Source: Nemertoderma westbladi
Taxonomy: Eukaryota > Animalia > Xenacoelomorpha
Reading direction: 5' to 3'
Length of the DNA stretch: 42,594 nt
Assembly (NCBI GenBank): GCA_032718475.1
Contig: JAUCBJ010008960.1
Span: forward strand, 1 to 42,594
The translations under genes were made by a program, and so were the position numbers. Numbering within the stretch: the stretch's first letter is position 1; each line of letters opens with the position of its first letter. Under the pieces are notes generated by a model. It did no database searches. It was not told the origin of the DNA and worked only from the letters and a program-made list of their open reading frames with translations. Of the stretch, positions 36,193 to 42,594 are shown piece after piece.

Positions 36193-39100
36193 ATGGCGTT
36201 TAACGGCTCACTGAAGCCCCCCAAGCTGGCTCCCTCAATAAATCTGAGACGATCAACTCCTTTGAGGTTTGGCGCCACAACATAACTTATTCGCTTGCGC
36301 TCCAACCTCAATTTGCGCAGTTTACGGTCCCGGGCACAACCTGGTTGCGCCACACCCGCGCTATACCCTTCCGCGGTTTTGCCGACGACCCGGACACTGT
36401 GGTCCCAGCCGACCGCCGTACTGCCCTTCAAAAGACCACGGCTCTAGATCTTATGCTCGGTCAGATCGCCAATTACGCCCCCGTTATCGCACGTAACTCG
36501 ATCATTCGAGACTCCACGTCCTTGCCCTCCATATGGCAGGCCATACGCCTCCATTACGGCTTCCAAGCGACTGGAGCTCATTTCCTCTCCTTCTCCGATA
36601 TCTCCCTCCTTCACGAGGAGCGCCCCGAAGACCTCTTCCAGCGTTTATCAGCTTTCGTGGACGATAATTTACTCCGACGGGACGGTGGAATTTCCCACCA
36701 CGGAATTCTCCCCGATGACGACGAGGAGCTGTCCCCCTCTCTCGAGAACTTCGTTGTACTCATATGGCTCCGCCTTATCCACCCGGATCTCCCTCGATTG
36801 GTTCAACAACGGTATGGCACGGAGCTCCGGTCCCGTACGCTGGCCAGTATCAAACCCGAGATCTCCCAGGCTCTGTCGTCTCTTCTCGACGAGCTCCACA
36901 CTGCCGCGGAAGTGCGTACCTTCCGTGCCCAGACGCGTCGGACCCCACCTACATCCTCAGGTCTCGGTCCGAGTCCCACTGGCCGCGGACTTTCCCGTTC
37001 CGTTCGCCGGTGTCCCCTCTGCTCCCAGACTAAACGCACTCCCACCAACCACTTTCTCAGTGCATGCCCATTCCTTCCCCCTGCTGACAAGCGCTTTATC
37101 TCACGTGCCCATCTCGTCTACGTCGATGGCGACAACGACAACGACGCTTTCTATGAACAACCGGATAACGATAACGACTCCGTCGCCAGTCCACCTCCCG
37201 ATCCGACGGTTAATATCGTCGCTGTACGCCCGAGTCCCACCTTTACAGCGCGTTATAAAGGTAAACCCATCCAGGTTCTCCTCGATTGCGGCGCCGAATC
37301 CGACCTCATTTCACACGACGCTGCACTCCGACTCGGCGTTCCGATCTCGCGTGGGTCCCGCCAGATCCCGATCGGGGCCGACGGTTCCCCTGTTTCAGGT
37401 GTAGTTGGGGAGAGTTCCTTCTCCCTCACCCATAACGACCTTCAGTTTAGCTTCCGTGGACTCGTTGTCGACAGCCTCAACGTTCCCCTACTCGCTGGCG
37501 TTCCGTTCCTATCCACCAATGATATTGGTATCCGTCCGGCCCAGTCGCTGATTACCTTCGCGGATGGCAGTTCCATCCGGTACCCCCCGGCAGGTCATCC
37601 CCGACCCACTATCCGTCGGACGACGACCCAGATTCTGCGCGCCCCCATACGATCGTCCATTCTTCTCCCCGGCGACGCCCTCACATTACAGCTTCCAGCC
37701 CATCTCTCGGATTCCGACTCTCTCCTTGTGACACCCCATGTGATTAACCAACGGTCGCACGTAACTCCCCCCAAGCCTTGGTTCCCCCCCATGCAGCTCC
37801 AACCCGCAGCCGGTTCCATTACCATTCCAAACTCTGCTCCCTACCCCATCTTCATTCAACGGAACTCCCATGTCTGCTCCGCCCTACCCACTGCAGCTAC
37901 CCCCATGAAACAACTTGAACAGTCCTTACCCTGTCCCGAAATCCGCTCTGCTTCCGTTGTCTCCCATGACCCTCCACCTATAAAGGCAGTCCAGATCGAC
38001 CCACAGGGCATCCTCTCTTACCGTGAGCGTGCTGCCTTCCACGATCTACTCGAGGAGTTTTCTGACGTCTTCGATCCCACGTATCCCGGATACAATGGGT
38101 CTGCCGGCCCATTCGAAGCTGTCGTCAACGTGACCCCTACGTTGCCACCTCAACGTAAGGGTCGTGTACCGCAATACTCCCGTGACCGACTCGTTGAACT
38201 GCAGGAGAAGTTTGACTCTCTCGAGCGGCTTGGCGTCTTCATTCGCCCAGAACTAGCCGGTGTCACCATAGAGTACTTGAACCCAAGCTTCCTTGTCGCT
38301 AAACCCAATGGAGGAACTCGGCTCGTTACGGCGTTCACAGAGATTGCCCAGTATTGTAAGCCCCAACCCGCACTCCTCCCAGATGTTGAATCCACCATTC
38401 GAGCCCTGGGTCGGTTCAAGTTCCTCGTTAAGGCAGACCTCACGAGCGCCTTTTACCAAATCCCACTCCATCGCAACTCCATGCGTTTCTGCGGCGTATC
38501 CACACCATTTCGTGGTGTCCGTGTCTACCGCCGCTGTGCCATGGGCATGCCCGGCAGCGAAACGGCTCTCGAGGAGTTGATGTCTCGCGTCCTCGGCGAT
38601 CTCCTCGTCCAGGGATCCGTCGTCAAACTCGCCGATGATATCTACTGCGGTGGCGATACCATCCCCGAACTCCTCCTCAATTTCGCCGCCCTCCTCCGCG
38701 CCCTACACCTTGCCGGGTTGCGTTTGTCCCCAAAGAAAACCATCATTTGCCCCCAAACTACCACCATCCTTGGTTGGGTATGGTCTAGCGGTTCCTTATC
38801 TGCTTCCCCACATATCACAGCCGCCTTATCCCACTGTCCTACACCATCCACCGTCCGCGACCTACGGTCGTTCCTCGGTTCCTACAAGGTTCTCTCCCGC
38901 GTACTCCCCCGGTGTTCTGCCCTTATCTCTCCGCTCGAGGCCCTCCTTACCCCCAAGGCCGGCGACCCTGTCGCTTGGACCCCCGATCTCGAGTCTACCT
39001 TTCGACGATCCCAAGCCGCCCTACAATCCTGCAGGTCAGTAACGATCCCGCGTCCTACTGACGAACTCTTCCTTGTCACCGACGCCGCCTCGTCCGTCGA

Positions 39101-41102
39101 TGGTCTAGGTGCAGTCCTCTACGCGAAACGTTCCAAAGAATTACTCATCGCCGGGTTTTATTCCTGCAAGCTCAAGGCCCACCAACATACATGGCTTCCT
39201 TGCGAGTTGGAGGCACTCGCTATAGCGGCCTCCGTTCAACATTTCCTCCCATATCTTATCGCCTCTTCACGCCAACCACACGTTCTCACGGACAGTAAAC
39301 CCTGTGTCGAGGCATTCAAAAAGTTGTCCCGCGGCGCATATTCGAATAGCCCACGTCTATCGACGTTCCTCGCCAGCGCCAGCCAGGCCCGTGTCACAGT
39401 ATCCCACATCAAGGGTTCTACCAACCTCCCGGCAGACTTCCAAAGCCGCAACGTTCAGCCGTGCTCTCTACAGTCATGCCAGGTGTGCGCGTTCGTCGCC
39501 TCCGCTATAGAGTCGCCTATTGTCCGTCTCGTTGCAAAGTCAACCACACCCTCCTCCTTACCACACGACAACCATTCCCCAATGTCCCTCGTTAACACTG
39601 TCACTACCCCCCTCCCGAATTGCTTTATCGCTTCCGATAGCCCGAATCCCCGTCCCCTTTACGCCAGTCGTCCTGCGTGGCTCGCCACACAACGCGAGTG
39701 CCCCGACCTAATCCGTGTCGCCGAAAACCTCGCATCCGGCACCCGTCCCTCCAGACGCGATACACATAGCCATGATATCAAGCGTTACCTGGGCGTATGT
39801 TCTCTGTTATCCTCTGGCCTTGTCGTAGTCCATCGACAGCGTCCCTTCACGTCACCCTATGACGTCATCGTCGTTCCCCGCTCTGCTCTTATTGGCTTAC
39901 TAACCTCACTACACATCGAACTCCAACACCCTTCGCGTTCCCAGCTGCGTACCACCTTTTCCCGATATTTCTACGCCCTGGACCTCGACCGCGCTCTCAA
40001 TGAGATTACCGTGCAATGTCACCAGTGCGTCGCCCTCTCAACTGCCCCCAAGCGTACCGTACCCCAGTCATCCATTGATCCGCCCCCCATCGTCGGCCTA
40101 TCATTCGCTGCCGACGTCCTGCGCCGCCATTCCCAACGTATCCTCCTGTTACGGGAAACGGTATCGTCGTACTCAAATGCCGTTATACTTCCAGATGAAC
40201 AGAGCGATACCCTACGTGATGCCTTAATCACCCTTGCCTTTGGCATGTGCCCCCTTAGTGGCCCCCCGGCTATCATCCGCACCGACCCAGCCCCAGGGTT
40301 CCAAGCCCTCGCCAACGACCCAATCCTCCTATCCCACCACCTCCTCCTTGAGATCGGATCCCGCAAGAATGTAAACAAAAACCCAGTCGCCGAACACGCT
40401 ATCGGCGAACTACTCACCGAACTCCTCCGACTCCGTCCCACTGGCGGCCCATTCTCATCCACATCTCTCGCAATCGCTGTTGCAAACCTTAACTCTCGTC
40501 TACGCTCCCCTGGCCTATCCGCCCGCGAGATTTTATTCCAGCGGGACCAATACACGGGCGAACAGATTCCTCTCGTCGATACCGAGCTCATAGCCTCCCA
40601 ACATGAGCGACGCCTAGCCAACCACCCCTCCAGCGCCCGCTCTAAGACCCCCCACCCTACGGTACTCCCAGGATTTACCTCCCTCAAGGTGGGCGACCTC
40701 GTCCATTTATATGCCGATTCCCCCCGTGCCGGCGCTCGTCCACGATATATCGTCAGCGCTATCGATGACACGTGGTGTTCCGTTCGTAAATTCGCGGGCA
40801 GCCAGCTCCGCGCTCACGCATACCGCGTCCGCCAGGCCGATTGTTTCCTTGTACCTCGTCTCCAACCGCCATCCACGTCATACACTGAGGATTCTGATTC
40901 CGAGACTGATGAGTGTTCCACACTCCACGCTCATGCTACACCCGGCGTGGCACCCCCTGTCGCGTTCCAACCAGCCCTAGAGTCCACCCCACAGTTAGAC
41001 GACGTCCCTGAGCAGCCATTGCACAGTGCTTCTTCATCTGACCCACCCAACACCCGTCCTCGTAGAGAACGCCGCCCTCCGCAATACTACGGGTTTCCCT
41101 GA
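36193..41102 (+). CDS. Gag-protease-RT-RNaseH-integrase polyprotein (one -1 frameshift near 36205-36230; ORF track gives 36345-41102)
   Basis: Zn knuckle CPLC-x9-H-x4-C; protease LLDCGAE; RT KADLTSAFYQIPL / AMGMPGS / KLADDIY; RNase H LVTDAA...ELEALA...TDSKP...ADFQSR; integrase H..H..CHQC, FAADV, and RTD-x35-E. The long frame is open from 36204 but has no early ATG; the ATG at 36193 is in another frame. Confidence 0.92.
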
Positions 41103-41225
41103 CGCACCTCCCACGTTCCCGGACAGTTGCACCTTGTCACATGACTCGCCCCAACGCAGCCTGTCTCCAGTTCCATTCACAGTTCTGAATTTGTTCTACT
41201 TACATACGTCCTACCCGACTTATGA

Positions 41226-41342
41226 TTCTTCTGACTGTTATTGCTATATATATATTCCTATACTTATTCGTGTAATTGGTCAATATAGTTAACCCGCTTC
41301 ACTCACCACATTGTTCCTTACGCTATTGCTTCACTTCTGGCG
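41226..41342 (+). repeat. 3' copy of the 117-bp direct repeat, forming the element's right terminus
   Basis: Matches 35966-36082; ends cacttctggcg followed by cta. Confidence 0.92.
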
Positions 41343-41412
41343 CTATTTTATGAACAATGACTTATACTGTACTTAATATTTTATCAATAATATAATAGAT
41401 TCTAATAGCACT

Positions 41413-41975
41413 AAGAGTCCCACAAGAAATGAAAACAAATAAGTTGGTGCCAGTACCCAAGAAGGGCAACCTAACACTCTATGGTTCTTCTCGGGGAATC
41501 TCATTGATCTCGATTGCTGCAAAGCTATACAATAGAATTATATTAAATCGCATCAGGGATCCCATTGCATTGAGAGACTGCTCCGTGGAAATCAGAATGG
41601 GTTCCGTAAAGGTCGTGGGACCATGGAGCCCATTTTGGCACTTAGAAGGATAATTGAAGAGTTATCAAAAAAGAAAGACAGGCATCTCTGGCTGTTATCT
41701 TTGTTGATTTCTTCAAGGCCTTTGATTCAGTCTCTCGCTCACGTATGTTCAGCATACTTTCATTATATGGGATTCCAGATGAAATTATTGCAGCAATCAG
41801 ATCAGTATACGATGGTTCGACAACATTTGTGTCTACTGTTGATGGTGACACAGAACCATTTGAAGTGTTATGTTAAGTGTTAGGGAGTTGTGGCGGCGCA
41901 ATTTTGTCGACAAGCCGGAACAGCATTCTTAAAAATGCAGCTGCAATGCAGCATGCCTATCCTAGTAGTAGTAGT
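41413..41975 (+). mobile_element. Third RTE-like LINE copy, 5'-truncated and internally deleted
   Basis: Matches 27840-28291, then jumps through a short filler (ttaagtgt) to the equivalent of 29171-29258. (TAG)4 tail. Confidence 0.92.
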
Positions 41976-42229
41976 CCGCAATATAGCTATTGACAACCGA
42001 GCCCTGATCCACCCAAGAACGATTCCAGGTCCAGGGGGTTTATCGCTCCACCCTTCCTTGGAAGCTATGTGTGACGCTAGCTATATATATTAGCTAATTG
42101 TTGATATATTTTATTTTTGTATAAGTTGTAGAAAATTAATTATATAGAGAAAGTTCTAGAAAAATTGTTTATAAAAAGTTAAAATCAGTCGCAAATACAA
42201 CTAGTTTTGGCTATTTATGGGGCCTACTA

Positions 42230-42385
42230 AACTCCCAAAAGACAACCAAAAACCTAAAATAATCAAAAAGAACCCAAAAGAACCACCCAATAAATACAGT
42301 AACAAATAGAACCCAAAAGAAACCCTAAACACCCAAAAGAACCCAATAGAACCCCAAATAACTCCCAAAACACCCAAATAACTAA
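42230..42385. repeat. Degenerate ~10-bp A/C-rich tandem repeat (acccaaaaga / acccaaata)
   Basis: Directly visible low-complexity periodicity. Confidence 0.7.
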
Positions 42386-42594
42386 ATCTGAAAATAACCG
42401 ATGAGTGTATGAGTAATCGGAAGTATTATTAACTAGTCTGCTAATTTTTAATACTTTTGGCTGAAATGTTGACAGGCACTAAAAAAGTATAACTTTTTTC
42501 ACTATTCTCGAGTTATTTTATTTACCGAGCGCCAGCGAAGCTAATAACGGGTTGATAGAATATTGAATAATATGTACTACGTTTTTACCAATTA

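Larger units (their letters stand above)
35820..41342 (+). mobile_element. Atypical DDE-integrase retroelement with CG...CG ends and 3-bp TSD (Troyka-like candidate)
   Basis: CTA|CGCCAG...CTGGCG|CTA. Sharp AT-to-GC composition shift at the left end. Single polyprotein and a 117-bp sub-terminal direct repeat. Confidence 0.8.

Noticed and set aside
36669-40980. Short overlapping and antisense ORFs within pol, including the 250-aa minus ORF at 40019-40771 as an env or accessory gene
   Set aside because: Expected shadows of a GC-rich coding strand; no signal peptide, TM segment or recognisable motif.
35820-41342. DIRS/Ngaro (tyrosine recombinase) classification
   Set aside because: It encodes a protease and an HHCC/DD35E integrase; no YR ORF and no second split repeat seen.
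42520-42560. Helitron 3' hairpin
   Set aside because: GC-rich patch but no clear stem followed by CTRR.

Overview
AT-rich animal (probably marine invertebrate) nuclear DNA, dense in transposons. Three intact host genes have no introns in their coding regions: TTC12 (9748-11928, +) and two tandem, co-oriented GABA-A/glycine-type Cys-loop channel subunits (20859-22364 and 31763-33205, -). Two elements stand out. (1) A 5.5-kb gag-PR-RT-RNaseH-IN retroelement (35820-41342) that breaks LTR rules: CG...CG termini with a 6-bp inverted repeat, an apparent 3-bp TSD (CTA), only a 117-bp sub-terminal direct repeat, no polypurine tract, and an LADD RT active site. (2) A transposase-less CACTG...CAGTG element (14502-17641, TA TSD) whose only recognisable cargo is a PWWP chromatin-reader ORF. 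The window also holds a 2.87-kb TIR element with a 5-bp TSD and two satellites just upstream of TTC12, three copies of an RTE-like LINE, MITEs, a Helitron Rep remnant, an F-box/LRR pseudogene, tRNA-derived heads and an orphan LTR+PBS. TA-ggcc-TA and TA-ccgg-TA motifs are in strong excess and look like transposon excision footprints. All calls come from reading the sequence by eye; no searches were run.
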